A DNA stretch of 64,000 nucleotides from a virus (taxonomy: Duplodnaviria; Caudoviricetes): IMG/VR virus record IMGVR_UViG_3300037455_000250, positions 8,968-72,967 of that record. One strand, 5' to 3'. This document shows, one piece after another, positions 43,686 through 53,636 of this stretch. A program made the translations under genes and the position numbers. Numbering within the stretch: position 1 is the stretch's first letter; every line of letters begins with the position of its first letter. The notes under the pieces are model-generated. The model saw only the letters and a list, made by a program, of their open reading frames with translations, was not told the DNA's origin and searched no databases.

Positions 43686-44052
43686 ATGGTTACAAATTGA
43701 TGGCGTAGAGTATCAAGTGCCAATTGTTGACTTGCAGAGAAAAGGAGACATTCTTGACCTTACTGCAAATCGTACAGAGGACGGTGTTCTTCATAGAGAT
43801 GTTATAGGCACATACTATAACTATACACTTAATATTGGTCGTGTACGTGACCAGAGTGTAAATGAGGCACTTTGGTGGGCATTAACTGCTCCTGTAGCAA
43901 GCCATCAAGTTCAGTTACCGTATCAACCTGAGCCTTTTGAAGGATATTTTGGTAGTTGCAAAGATAACATTACGTTGATAGACGCAAACGGACAAAAAAC
44001 GAAAGGACTGTCTTTTAACTTAATCGCTACAAGACCCTCACGCAATGCCTGA
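43672..44052 (+). CDS. distal-tail (Dit/DUF6711)-like protein located between terS and terL
   Basis: IDGVEY...RKGDILD...RTEDGVLHRDVIGTYYNYTL...QLPY...FEGY...GLSFNLIA. Confidence 0.6.
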   Translation: MATSKWLQIDGVEYQVPIVDLQRKGDILDLTANRTEDGVLHRDVIGTYYNYTLNIGRVRDQSVNEALWWALTAPVASHQVQLPYQPEPFEGYFGSCKDNITLIDANGQKTKGLSFNLIATRPSRNA

Positions 44053-45304
44053 AATAAATATCAATATACAAGACTGTATTATACCTATGTATGATGAGGT
44101 GCTTAAGGACATACTGTCACATAAGCACACTCACTATGTGTTTCCTGGAGGAAGAGGTAGTTGTAAATCATCTTTCGTAGGACTCGCTATTCCATTAATC
44201 ATTGTAAATAATCCACAAGTACACGCCGCTTGTTTCAGAAAGATAGGAAATACCATTCAAAACTCTATTAGGGCGCAGATTGAGTGGGGAATTAGTAAAT
44301 TAGGACTGGAAAGTCTGTTCTTAATGCCAAAATCATATGCTAATCCTATCGTTTTTAAGCCTACGGGACAGTGTATTCACTTTTTGGGTTTGGATAAACC
44401 ACAAAAAATCAAATCAATTAAGCCTAAATTCGGATATATAGGAGTTACTTGGTTCGAGGAGTTAGACCAATTTGCAGGAGAGAATGAACTTCGTACTGTA
44501 ACGCAGTCAACAATGAGAGGTGGTTCCACTTATTGGGACTTTAGAACTTTCAACCCACCTATTTCAAAGAATAATTGGGCTAATATGTATGCAGAAAAAG
44601 CATATAAACGCTCTCCAAGTACAATAGTTACACGTAATACTTATTTAGATGTTCCACCGTCTTGGTTAGGTACACAGTTTTTTGAAGAGGCAAACGAACT
44701 TAAAGAGATTAACCCGAGAGCGTATGAACACGAATATCTTGGAATTGCTACAGGCACAGGCGGTGATGTGTTTGAAAATGCGTGTGAACTTGATATGACG
44801 CAGATGATACCAAGGTTTGACCATATTTATAATGGAATTGACTGGGGTTTTGCAAGAGACCCTTTCAGATTTGTCCGTATGCACTTTGACGCCAAGAAAC
44901 TTGATTTGTATATATTTGACGAGTTTACTACTTATAAAACCCGTAATGAGGACACTTTCCATAGACTTTATGATGAAGAAAAGAAGATATACAGACAGGA
45001 ATTAGTTACCGCAGATAGTGCGGAAGAAAAATCTGTTGCTGATTTTAGAGCCTATGGAGCATTTATTAGACCTGCAAAGAAGGGTCCTGATAGTGTTCGT
45101 TATGGAATTAAGTGGTTACAAGGTTTAAGACATATTTATATAGACAAAAATCGTTGTCCAGAGACCTATTATGAGTTTGTCAACTATGAATATGAGAGAG
45201 ATAAAGACGGAAACTTTATTAGTGCTTATCCTGACGCAGATAACCACTCTATTGACGCAGTTAGATACGCTCTGGAGAACTACTGTAATAGACGAGGAAA
45301 CTAA
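44045..45304 (+). CDS. terL: terminase large subunit (PBSX-like)
   Basis: GGRGSCKS, GLDKPQKIKS, WFEELDQF, TFNPP, EHEYLG, GIDWGF, DNHSIDAVRY. Confidence 0.95.
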   Translation: MPEININIQDCIIPMYDEVLKDILSHKHTHYVFPGGRGSCKSSFVGLAIPLIIVNNPQVHAACFRKIGNTIQNSIRAQIEWGISKLGLESLFLMPKSYANPIVFKPTGQCIHFLGLDKPQKIKSIKPKFGYIGVTWFEELDQFAGENELRTVTQSTMRGGSTYWDFRTFNPPISKNNWANMYAEKAYKRSPSTIVTRNTYLDVPPSWLGTQFFEEANELKEINPRAYEHEYLGIATGTGGDVFENACELDMTQMIPRFDHIYNGIDWGFARDPFRFVRMHFDAKKLDLYIFDEFTTYKTRNEDTFHRLYDEEKKIYRQELVTADSAEEKSVADFRAYGAFIRPAKKGPDSVRYGIKWLQGLRHIYIDKNRCPETYYEFVNYEYERDKDGNFISAYPDADNHSIDAVRYALENYCNRRGN

Positions 45305-45318
45305 TTTTTCCCGTTTTA

Positions 45319-45347
45319 TTTACTTTCATCTACAACTGTTATAAAAT
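45319..45347 (+). promoter_or_regulatory. internal promoter, probably giving a leaderless mRNA
   Basis: TTTACT-17-TAAAAT; predicted +1 falls on ATG 45354; no SD. Confidence 0.5.
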
Positions 45348-45353
45348 TGTAGT

Positions 45354-45971
45354 ATGAGCGAACATCTTAACTTACTTACTATGGCATTTGACGGTGTTGG
45401 CGAATACAGAATACCGCAAATTAAGCCCGTTACTGAACTCTATGTGAAAGATTGGATAGGGTTTAACTTCGTTGCGACAACAAAAAAGCAACGAGAAACA
45501 ACTGGAATACACTTTTATATAGACGATTATCAATTTGAGCGTGTTTGGAACTATCCGTGGCGATACTCAAAGACATTTAAAGAATTTGGTGCGATAATGG
45601 CACCAAATTTCTCAACTTATCTTGATTTTCCTAAAGCGGTACGTATATTTAATCAGTATAGGTCATACTGGTGTGGTGCTTATTGGCAAGAAATGGGGGC
45701 TATTGTTATACCCTCTGTTGAATGGGGATTGCCTGAGGATTATGATTGGTGTTTTGACGGTGCGCCAGAAGGCGGAATTGTAGCAGTTTCAAATGTAGGA
45801 TGTATGCGAGATAAAGAGGCAAGACAGGTTTTTATGGATGGATATAAGGAAATGCTTATTCGACTACAACCAAAAGAAGTATTAATGTTTGGTCATTTAT
45901 TTGACGATTATCCAGGTCCTGTGCATTATATTAAGTATCAACAAGCAAAAGGCACACAAGGAGACGAATAA
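45354..45971 (+). CDS. DUF4417-family protein
   Basis: HFYIDDYQFERVWNYP, PNFSTYLDFP, YWQEMG..VIPSVEW, FDGAP. Confidence 0.85.
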   Translation: MSEHLNLLTMAFDGVGEYRIPQIKPVTELYVKDWIGFNFVATTKKQRETTGIHFYIDDYQFERVWNYPWRYSKTFKEFGAIMAPNFSTYLDFPKAVRIFNQYRSYWCGAYWQEMGAIVIPSVEWGLPEDYDWCFDGAPEGGIVAVSNVGCMRDKEARQVFMDGYKEMLIRLQPKEVLMFGHLFDDYPGPVHYIKYQQAKGTQGDE

Positions 45972-45972
45972 T

Positions 45973-46332
45973 ATGGGAAAAGCGAGATATTATGGAATGG
46001 CTACGAGGGAAGAGAAACAAGATGTTTCTCGTTCTGATAGAGGCGCAAGAGTATATGGAGGGGGTCCCTTGACGTATTCTGCGGTAGTTACTGCAATCCT
46101 TAATTATAAAGATACACACCCGAATTTTGATAATTTAACTACTACTGCGGCTGCCAGTGCAATCGCAAAAGAGTTAAAAGACACGGGAAAATATGGCAGT
46201 GTGTCCGCATCGGGTTCAAGAATTAAAGGAGAAGGGTATTCTATTGCTCTTACAAAGGGCGGGAGTACAGGCGGTATGATAGTTGCGAGTAAGGCCTCCG
46301 AACAAATCAATACCGATAAGAAAAAGAAGTGA
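45973..46332 (+). CDS. hypothetical protein
   Basis: AGGAG RBS, basic C-terminus. Confidence 0.65.
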   Translation: MGKARYYGMATREEKQDVSRSDRGARVYGGGPLTYSAVVTAILNYKDTHPNFDNLTTTAAASAIAKELKDTGKYGSVSASGSRIKGEGYSIALTKGGSTGGMIVASKASEQINTDKKKK

Positions 46333-46340
46333 GGCGAAAT

Positions 46341-48116
46341 ATGAGTTTATGGAGTACAATAACCGATAGAGTAAAGGGGATATTTAATAAAATGTTTGGC
46401 AAATCAACGATAGAAGAAGTATTACACATTACTCCTGCAATTTCTGACAAGATGTTCAATGCGATTAATCTTTGGACAAAAATGTATGAAGGAAATGCTC
46501 CGTGGTTAAAAGCACCTACTGAGGAAGACCCGAGTTGTGTTAAATCTCTCGGTTTGCCTCAGTTGATTGCGTGTGAAAAAACCAGAACGGCTCTTATTGA
46601 GTTTGAAAGTGAAATCACTACGCCAATTAAAGATATTAAACCCGCTACTCCTAATTATATGGACAATCGTAATATAGGTACAGACGGAAAACCTCAACCA
46701 ATGATTGCTAATCACGTAATTCCAGAAGATGTGCCTAAAGGGTCTACTGATAGGGCAGAGTTTCTTAATAACCAGTACGCTAAACTTAAAGACGCTTTGC
46801 GTGTTCAGATTGAATATGGTATTGCGAAAGGCGGATTAGTAATTAAACCTTATCCTGTAAAACATAACATAGACATACAACAAACAAATATGCTCACAGG
46901 AAAAGTTATACAAAAAGACACTACAAACCCCTGGACAATAGAATTTGATTATATTCAGGCAAGTGACTTTTATCCTCTCGCGTTTGACGCAAGTGGAAAG
47001 ATAACAGAGGCGGCATTTGTTGAGCGTAAGATGGATAAAGGCATTGTATATAGTCGTGTAGAGTATCATAAACTGACAGAAACGGGTATAACTGTCATTA
47101 ATAAAGCATTTAAGACAAAAGTAGTAGATGGCAGAGCAGACCAAGATTATTTAGGAGAAGAAATCAAACTGAGTGAAGTGCCTGAGTGGGCAGGTTTTTC
47201 CGAAGAAACAACCGTTGCAGGTGTAAATCGTTTACTTTTTGCATACTTTAAAATGCCCGAGGCTAATACGATTGATACTCATTCTCCTCTCGGCGTAAGC
47301 GGTTTTGATAAAGTAAAAGGACTTATCGAGGAGGCTGACAAACAATATTCTCGTATGCTTTGGGAATTTGAAGGCGGTGAACTTGCTATTGATATTGATA
47401 GACAGGCATTGAGATGGTTGGAAGACCCAGATAATCCCGATAAAGGACATTCAGTTATGGGTACACTTCAACAAAGATTATATCGTAAAGTAGACCTTAA
47501 TGAGGATAATACTTATAATGTATTTTCTCCTGCTTTGCGTGACCAATCCCTTATTAATGGACTTAATTGTCTGTTAATGAGAATTGAAGATGGTGCGGGT
47601 ATCTCTCGTGGTACTCTGTCTGATGTTACAACTGAGGCAAAGACGGCTACTGAATTAAGGATGTTGCGTATTCGTAGTTATGAGACCAACGCACATATTC
47701 AAAAGGCAATCCAACACGCATTAGAGGATGCGATTTATGTTATGAACGCTTATTGTGATTTGTATGATATTACACCTGATGGTGAGTATGAAGTTTCTTA
47801 CGAATGGGATGATAGTATCATCAATGATAGTGATACCGAACTTACTAAGAGGATGATATTGGTTCAAAATGGAATTGCGTCTAAACTCGAAACTCGTATG
47901 TGGTATTTTGGTGAAACAGAAAATCAAGCAAGAGAGGCATTACGCCGGGTTCAGGTTGAAAGTATGGAAAGCGTTGAACAGAATATCGCAGAAATGCAAA
48001 TGATGGGACAACCTCCAGAAAGTAAAAAAGAGGAAAGTCCGAAAGACCAAAACAAAAATAGTAACACTAACTCCGCAAACAACTTTAAGAGTGGCGATAA
48101 CCAATATAGTGAATAA
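46341..48116 (+). CDS. portal protein (A118-type)
   Basis: WTKMYEGNAPW, EYGIAKGG..IKPY, FAYFKMP..N....SPLGVS, SPALRD, KTATE; downstream of terL. Confidence 0.9.
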   Translation: MSLWSTITDRVKGIFNKMFGKSTIEEVLHITPAISDKMFNAINLWTKMYEGNAPWLKAPTEEDPSCVKSLGLPQLIACEKTRTALIEFESEITTPIKDIKPATPNYMDNRNIGTDGKPQPMIANHVIPEDVPKGSTDRAEFLNNQYAKLKDALRVQIEYGIAKGGLVIKPYPVKHNIDIQQTNMLTGKVIQKDTTNPWTIEFDYIQASDFYPLAFDASGKITEAAFVERKMDKGIVYSRVEYHKLTETGITVINKAFKTKVVDGRADQDYLGEEIKLSEVPEWAGFSEETTVAGVNRLLFAYFKMPEANTIDTHSPLGVSGFDKVKGLIEEADKQYSRMLWEFEGGELAIDIDRQALRWLEDPDNPDKGHSVMGTLQQRLYRKVDLNEDNTYNVFSPALRDQSLINGLNCLLMRIEDGAGISRGTLSDVTTEAKTATELRMLRIRSYETNAHIQKAIQHALEDAIYVMNAYCDLYDITPDGEYEVSYEWDDSIINDSDTELTKRMILVQNGIASKLETRMWYFGETENQAREALRRVQVESMESVEQNIAEMQMMGQPPESKKEESPKDQNKNSNTNSANNFKSGDNQYSE

Positions 48117-49303
48117 TGCTTACTGACGAACAAATTGAGCAGATTTTATATAAGTATACCAGTCGGCAAGACGAATTTAATCTCTCCGTAATAACTGTAA
48201 TTGCGGAGAGATTATCTAAACTTGCCGATTTTGATAGTCTCTCCACTTTAAGTGGCTCAACAACCGTGATTTCAGATATTGCGGAAATGAACGATATTCA
48301 TAAAAAATATATCAAAAAACAGAAAAAAGCCCTTGAAGAAGATTTTTGGTGGATTGCTTTTTTACTTTATGCAGAGGCATTAGGGTTTTATGATGTTCAA
48401 TTATCTATTCGAGAAAACACGGAAGTATATAACGCAGTTGTGAAAGCAATAAAAGAGGCGCAAACAAAATTAGAGGAAGTTGTTAAATATCCTGTTTTTG
48501 TTATTCGTGATTTAAAAAATCCCGCTATCCTTAAAGCATATAATTTTGAAAAAACTTATAGGTCTGTTATCACAGAGGCATTTAATTATCGTAATGTGTC
48601 GAAAGAACTTCAAAGCATAGCGTTAAAACGCACGGAAATGCAGTTATTTGATAGTGGCGTACACTATATGATAGATAACTCATCTGACAGTGCAAAAGAC
48701 GCTAAAAACGCAAATCTCGCAGTTAGGTTTAATGTGCTTGATAGTATGAAAAATTTGATAAATACAATGCAAGATATTATGGGTAACCAGTTTGGCGCAG
48801 ATGGTCTCGAATTATCCGCTCATATTTTTCCTGCTCCTGACCATGCACCGGCACAAGGACACCAGTTTACATTTGAAGAAGTAGAAAAAATGCAAAATGG
48901 AGAAGATTTTAAAGATGTTACAGGACGAGAGTATGTGGGGTTTGTTCGTAATATCGGAGAATGGAACTGTCGCCATTATTTTATGCAGATAAAATTAGGG
49001 GCTAAACCGGAACACTCTCAAAAAGAGTTAGATAAAATACTGGAAGAAAATGAACGAGGATATACTGACGAAAACGGAAAACACCGAACATTATACGAGT
49101 GTACTCAGGTTCAGCGTAGATATGAACGAGAAATCAGGTACGCTAAACAAAAATATTTATATGGTAAAGCATTAAATGATACCAGTATAATGTCCGCGGC
49201 CCGTAACAGAGTGGGAAAATTAACCACTCAATACAAACAGTTTAGTAAGAACTGCAATATACCAGCACAGTTAGAGCGAATACGTGTCAATGGTTACCAA
49301 TAA
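48116..49303 (+). CDS. minor capsid protein (A118/Phage_min_cap2-like)
   Basis: LSAH..PAPDHAPAQG, GEWNCRHYF, YECTQVQRRYEREIR. Confidence 0.85.
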   Translation: MLTDEQIEQILYKYTSRQDEFNLSVITVIAERLSKLADFDSLSTLSGSTTVISDIAEMNDIHKKYIKKQKKALEEDFWWIAFLLYAEALGFYDVQLSIRENTEVYNAVVKAIKEAQTKLEEVVKYPVFVIRDLKNPAILKAYNFEKTYRSVITEAFNYRNVSKELQSIALKRTEMQLFDSGVHYMIDNSSDSAKDAKNANLAVRFNVLDSMKNLINTMQDIMGNQFGADGLELSAHIFPAPDHAPAQGHQFTFEEVEKMQNGEDFKDVTGREYVGFVRNIGEWNCRHYFMQIKLGAKPEHSQKELDKILEENERGYTDENGKHRTLYECTQVQRRYEREIRYAKQKYLYGKALNDTSIMSAARNRVGKLTTQYKQFSKNCNIPAQLERIRVNGYQ

Positions 49304-49306
49304 TCG

Positions 49307-49335
49307 TTGACGCTAAAAGGATTATATATTATAAT
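49307..49335 (+). promoter_or_regulatory. sigma-A promoter for scaffold/capsid genes
   Basis: TTGACG-17-TATAAT. Confidence 0.8.
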
Positions 49336-49340
49336 ATTGT

Positions 49341-49476
49341 AAATTAAGGATAATTATTACCTTAATTTAGGTTCTTCAAAATAATTACGGCGATAAGTCG
49401 TGTTATATAGTCACGCCAAGACGCTTAAAATGGCACAATCCACGCAGACCGCGCCTGCGACATTATAAATTAAGCG
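49341..49476 (+). ncRNA. structured 5' leader with predicted pseudoknot upstream of the GP20 scaffold gene
   Basis: hairpin 49341-49368; GCCA/TGGC; CGCTTAA/TTAAGCG; CGCAG/CTGCG. Confidence 0.55.
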
Positions 49477-49508
49477 GATATAAAAGATTGTTTTAGGAGG
49501 ACTTTTTC

Positions 49509-50186
49509 GTGAACATTAAGGACATTTTCGACAAATCAGAAACAGGCTCAATGACTTATGCAGAGTTCGAGGCCGCACTTAAGGATAGTGGTGCGAAGTT
49601 CGCGGACTTATCCGAGGGCAAGTATGTAAGCAAGTCAAAGTATGATGATGATATTAAGGCAAAAGATGGTTCTATTGAAGAACTGAATGCCACTATCACA
49701 CAAAGAGATACAGACCTTGCTGACTTAAAGGGAAAACTTGCAGAGGCTGGCACAGACGCAACGAAGTTATCAGAACTCCAAACGAATTTTGATAACCTGC
49801 AGAGCAAGTACACAACCGATATGCAAGAATATCAACAGAAACTTGCTGACCAGAAGTACGAATTTGCGGTAAAAGAATACGCAAACGGCAAAGAATTTAC
49901 CAGTCAAGCCGCAAAGAGAGATTTTATTAGGTCTCTTATGAGTGAAAAGTTGAAGATGAAAAACGACACAATCATTGGTGCAGATGATTTCGCTAACACT
50001 TATGCTACAGAAAATGCAGACGCATTTAAACCTGTAGAGCAAACAGAAACCACACCTGCACAACAGACAGTCGCTAACAAACCGCAGTTCGTGGGCGCAA
50101 CACCGGGAACCCAAGAACAAAAAAAGCCGTCATTATCCGATATGATGAGAGCGGCAAATGAAAATCCTGGTGCAAACTCTTATTAA
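49509..50186 (+). CDS. head scaffolding protein (Phage GP20-like)
   Basis: GKYVSKSKYD...TQRDTDLADLK; coiled coil; upstream of the major capsid gene. Confidence 0.85.
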   Translation: MNIKDIFDKSETGSMTYAEFEAALKDSGAKFADLSEGKYVSKSKYDDDIKAKDGSIEELNATITQRDTDLADLKGKLAEAGTDATKLSELQTNFDNLQSKYTTDMQEYQQKLADQKYEFAVKEYANGKEFTSQAAKRDFIRSLMSEKLKMKNDTIIGADDFANTYATENADAFKPVEQTETTPAQQTVANKPQFVGATPGTQEQKKPSLSDMMRAANENPGANSY

Positions 50187-50214
50187 TAAATACTAAAGAA
50201 GGAGAAAAGAATTT

Positions 50215-51633
50215 ATGGGACTTTTTGACGCAAAACTCTTTAATGGTGAAGTGTTCCAGAAGTATATGGACCGCATTCCCAACACAAAGTTGAATGAACT
50301 CGTTAAGTCAAGAGCCATCGTTGCTCGTCCTGAACTTGCAACGGCTATGGCAGACCAAGTAGGTGGTAACTATCTTACAACTCCCTTGAAGGGTCTTATC
50401 AGTGGTGCAGTTCCGCTTAACTATGACGGTCAGACAAACATCACATCCAATAGCACAAAGACATTCTCTCATTCAAGAGTAGTTGTTGGTCGTGCAAATG
50501 CTTGGACAGAAAAGGACTTCTCTTACGACATTACTGGTGGCGTAGACTTTATGGAGAATGTTGCTCAACAGATTTCCGAGTATTGGGATGAGATTGACCA
50601 AGACACAATCGTACATATCCTCAACGGTATCTTTAAGATGGAAGATGATGAGGGTGCAAAGTTCGTACAGAGCCACACCTATGATGTATCTGCCGCTACA
50701 AACACAGAGAATGTTGTAGGTTATATGGATGGTACAACACTCAATACTGCTATTCAGAGAGCGTGTGGAGACCACAAGGGCAAGTTCTCTCTTGCTATTA
50801 TGCACTCTTTCGTAGCAACAAACCTTGAGAACCTTAAGTTGCTTGTTTATCTGAAATACAATGACGCTAACGGACTTCAGAGAGACCTCTCTATCGGTAC
50901 TCTTAATGGTAGACTTGTTATGGTAGATGATAGTATGCCTACTACTGATATAGTTTCTACACCTGGCGTATGGAACTTCGAGGTTACTACACCCGCAGTT
51001 GCTGGTGATAAGATTACGATTTTCGATAAGACATACACATTTATTGCCAATTCCTCTACACCTGCCGCAGACGAGATTAAGGTTGGCACAAACGGTACTG
51101 CCGCACAACAGGCTACTAACATTGTTGCTAAACTCAATGCTCTCACAACGGGTCCCGCAACACAGTACACAATCGCAGTTGCAAGTAGCACAAAGGTACA
51201 GTTCACACAGAAGGCTACGGCTTATGGTGCTGGTGCTCCTACTGCATCCGCAGAGCAGGTTGGTACAAGCGGTGCAATCGTAATCTCTGATGTTGCAAAC
51301 ACAACTCCTAAGGTTGAAGTTACAAAGTACACAACTTATGTATTCGGCGATGGTGCTATTGAGTACACAAACTGTGGTGCAAAGGTACCTTACGAAATGT
51401 ATCGTGACCCTGCTACAAACGGCGGTCAGGACACACTCTATTCTCGTCAGAGAAAGTGCTTTGCTCCTTACGGCATTTCGTTCACAAAGGCATCCATGTC
51501 TAAACTCTCTCCTACAGACGCAGAGTTGGAGACGGGTGCTAACTGGGAACTCGTTAATAGCAACGAAGATGGTACAAAGGAGTACATCAGCCTGAAGGCT
51601 ATCCCGATTGCAAGAATTATCTCTCTCGGTTGA
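50215..51633 (+). CDS. major capsid protein with an internal inserted domain
   Basis: FNGEVF, NYDGQTNI, GRANAWTEKDF, MHSFVA, GRLVMVDDSMP, YTTYVFGDGA, RDPATNGGQDTLYSR. Confidence 0.92.
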   Translation: MGLFDAKLFNGEVFQKYMDRIPNTKLNELVKSRAIVARPELATAMADQVGGNYLTTPLKGLISGAVPLNYDGQTNITSNSTKTFSHSRVVVGRANAWTEKDFSYDITGGVDFMENVAQQISEYWDEIDQDTIVHILNGIFKMEDDEGAKFVQSHTYDVSAATNTENVVGYMDGTTLNTAIQRACGDHKGKFSLAIMHSFVATNLENLKLLVYLKYNDANGLQRDLSIGTLNGRLVMVDDSMPTTDIVSTPGVWNFEVTTPAVAGDKITIFDKTYTFIANSSTPAADEIKVGTNGTAAQQATNIVAKLNALTTGPATQYTIAVASSTKVQFTQKATAYGAGAPTASAEQVGTSGAIVISDVANTTPKVEVTKYTTYVFGDGAIEYTNCGAKVPYEMYRDPATNGGQDTLYSRQRKCFAPYGISFTKASMSKLSPTDAELETGANWELVNSNEDGTKEYISLKAIPIARIISLG

Positions 51634-51670
51634 TTTAACACTGACTAAAAGAATTTAAGGAGGGTCTCTG

Positions 51671-52108
51671 ATGGTTTACTACTTAACTTTTGCGGAATAT
51701 CAAGAAATGGGTGGTACGCTTGACGAGGCCCTCTTTAGTTCTCTTGAACTTGACGCACAGGGTTATATTGACTGGCATACTTTCAACAGATTATGGAAAG
51801 AAGAATGGCGCACAGAAGATATTATGGAGCGAGTTAAAATCTGTATGTATCAACTTATTAAGTTGCTTGCAGTAACAAATAATATGCTTACTCCAGATGT
51901 TCAGGCAACGCACGGAATTAACGTGAATGCCCAAGTAACAACACAATCAAATGATGGCGTTTCTTCAACATACGCAGTATTTTCCGCAGATATTCTGTAT
52001 GAGAAAGCCAAAAGAGAGATTAACGATTGCATTACACGAAATCTGTCTGGCATAATGAACAATGCGGGCAGAAAACTGTTGTATAGGGGATTATATCCAA
52101 ATGAGTAA
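51671..52108 (+). CDS. head-tail connector
   Basis: YLTFAEYQEMGG, IDWHTFNR, SNDGVSSTY, LLYRG. Confidence 0.8.
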   Translation: MVYYLTFAEYQEMGGTLDEALFSSLELDAQGYIDWHTFNRLWKEEWRTEDIMERVKICMYQLIKLLAVTNNMLTPDVQATHGINVNAQVTTQSNDGVSSTYAVFSADILYEKAKREINDCITRNLSGIMNNAGRKLLYRGLYPNE

Positions 52109-52571
52109 TTTTCCTTTTCAGTGGTGGGATAAGACCATTACAATCTATAACAAGTTAATTGACCCATCAACCCAACGGGTTAGTTGGTATAAAAATACTT
52201 GTGAGAATTGCTTTTGGAAATGTATCAATAACACGTACACAATAGGCAGAGGCCGTGTGTCCTCATCCGGTGTTGTGTTAGAAACAAAAAATATTGTCTG
52301 CAGGATACCTAAAGACGATAAATTTGTGACTAAACGTGTATGGAAAACTCTCACGGATAGTGAAAAAGCAACCCATTTTACGTTAAGTAACGGTGATATA
52401 ATCGTACTGGGCGAAGTTACAGATGTTATTGATGAGTACACAGACGGTCAACGCTCTACGGACTTGCTTGCTAAATATAAAGAATTTGATGAGTGTTTAG
52501 AGATTGACGCCTACGTGAACAATACAGGAGAAGGTTTAGGTGTAGAACATTATCGTATAGTTGGTAAGTAA
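52101..52571 (+). CDS. head closure/neck protein (DUF6751-like)
   Basis: TITIYNK...FTLSNGDIIVLG...HYRIVG. Confidence 0.7.
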   Translation: MSNFPFQWWDKTITIYNKLIDPSTQRVSWYKNTCENCFWKCINNTYTIGRGRVSSSGVVLETKNIVCRIPKDDKFVTKRVWKTLTDSEKATHFTLSNGDIIVLGEVTDVIDEYTDGQRSTDLLAKYKEFDECLEIDAYVNNTGEGLGVEHYRIVGK

Positions 52572-52572
52572 T

Positions 52573-53151
52573 ATGCAGTTTATTATTAAAAAAACACCCA
52601 ATATGGAAAAATATATTACGGCATTTGCTGATTTAGAAACATCTGCCAATATGAGTGTTGCGGGTCAAATAGCGGCATATTATATCAAGCAAAAAGTTCC
52701 TACAAGAACAGGTGCTTTGAGAGTGGCATATACGATAGACAGTACATCTAATTCCTTTGCAGTAGATTGGGGTGGTAGTAATGCTTTGCCCTATTCTCGC
52801 TATCAATTTTACGGAAGAGTGTACGAAATTAATAAAGCGGTATTCGCTAATGGACAACATATGGGCTGGGTATCTCCAATTAAACCAAAGAGACCTACAG
52901 AACGTATGATGGGCACACCCGCTGAGATACCCTTAAAAGATGGTCGCGTGATTATCATAGAGGGCTATCATACACCAAACACAGGCCCAGAATGGACAGA
53001 CAGTCCAAATACTGATATGGAAATCTCTCAACCTATACAGTATGGAATTGGTCGCTACTTATATGAACAGTATTGTAAAGCAACAGACACAAAACCTGTC
53101 GGAGGTTTTCAAGTATTAGAGTGGGCGGAGAAGTTGAATAATGCCAGTTGA
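52573..53151 (+). CDS. neck/minor capsid protein
   Basis: KVPTRTGAL, PYSRYQFYG, TGPEW. Confidence 0.7.
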   Translation: MQFIIKKTPNMEKYITAFADLETSANMSVAGQIAAYYIKQKVPTRTGALRVAYTIDSTSNSFAVDWGGSNALPYSRYQFYGRVYEINKAVFANGQHMGWVSPIKPKRPTERMMGTPAEIPLKDGRVIIIEGYHTPNTGPEWTDSPNTDMEISQPIQYGIGRYLYEQYCKATDTKPVGGFQVLEWAEKLNNAS

Positions 53152-53620
53152 TAAGAACCAAGCAGTCTTAAATTTTCTTGCAACATACGATGGTATGGAG
53201 ACAAACCCTATCTTCATAAACTTTATTAATGCAAAAAATAATGATGTGCAATATCTGACGTCATCCAATGATAGGTCATTAAATAAGAAATTTGTGGACG
53301 GCAGTATATTAAAGCGTTTCACATTTTCTATCGTCATAACTAAATCAATTACAAGTATGGCAATAGCAAAAGATATAATGATGAATGAGAATATTACAGA
53401 TATTGCCAACATTCAAACATTTATGGATTGGGTCAATGAACAAGGAGAAAATCAGAATTTTCCAGATTTTGGGACAAATTGTGTAATTGAAGAAATGCAC
53501 ACTACCGCAGACAACCCGTTATTAAACGGCATTAACACAGAGGTTACTCCTGCTCTGGCTTTATACAGTACAGAGATTAGGATTGACTATATTGATTATT
53601 CAAAAATAATTTGGTCATAA
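53141..53620 (+). CDS. tail terminator-like protein
   Basis: FINF, KKFVDGS, WVNEQ...NFPDFG; sits before the major tail gene. Confidence 0.65.
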   Translation: MPVDKNQAVLNFLATYDGMETNPIFINFINAKNNDVQYLTSSNDRSLNKKFVDGSILKRFTFSIVITKSITSMAIAKDIMMNENITDIANIQTFMDWVNEQGENQNFPDFGTNCVIEEMHTTADNPLLNGINTEVTPALALYSTEIRIDYIDYSKIIWS

Positions 53621-53636
53621 GAAAGGAGAAACAGTT

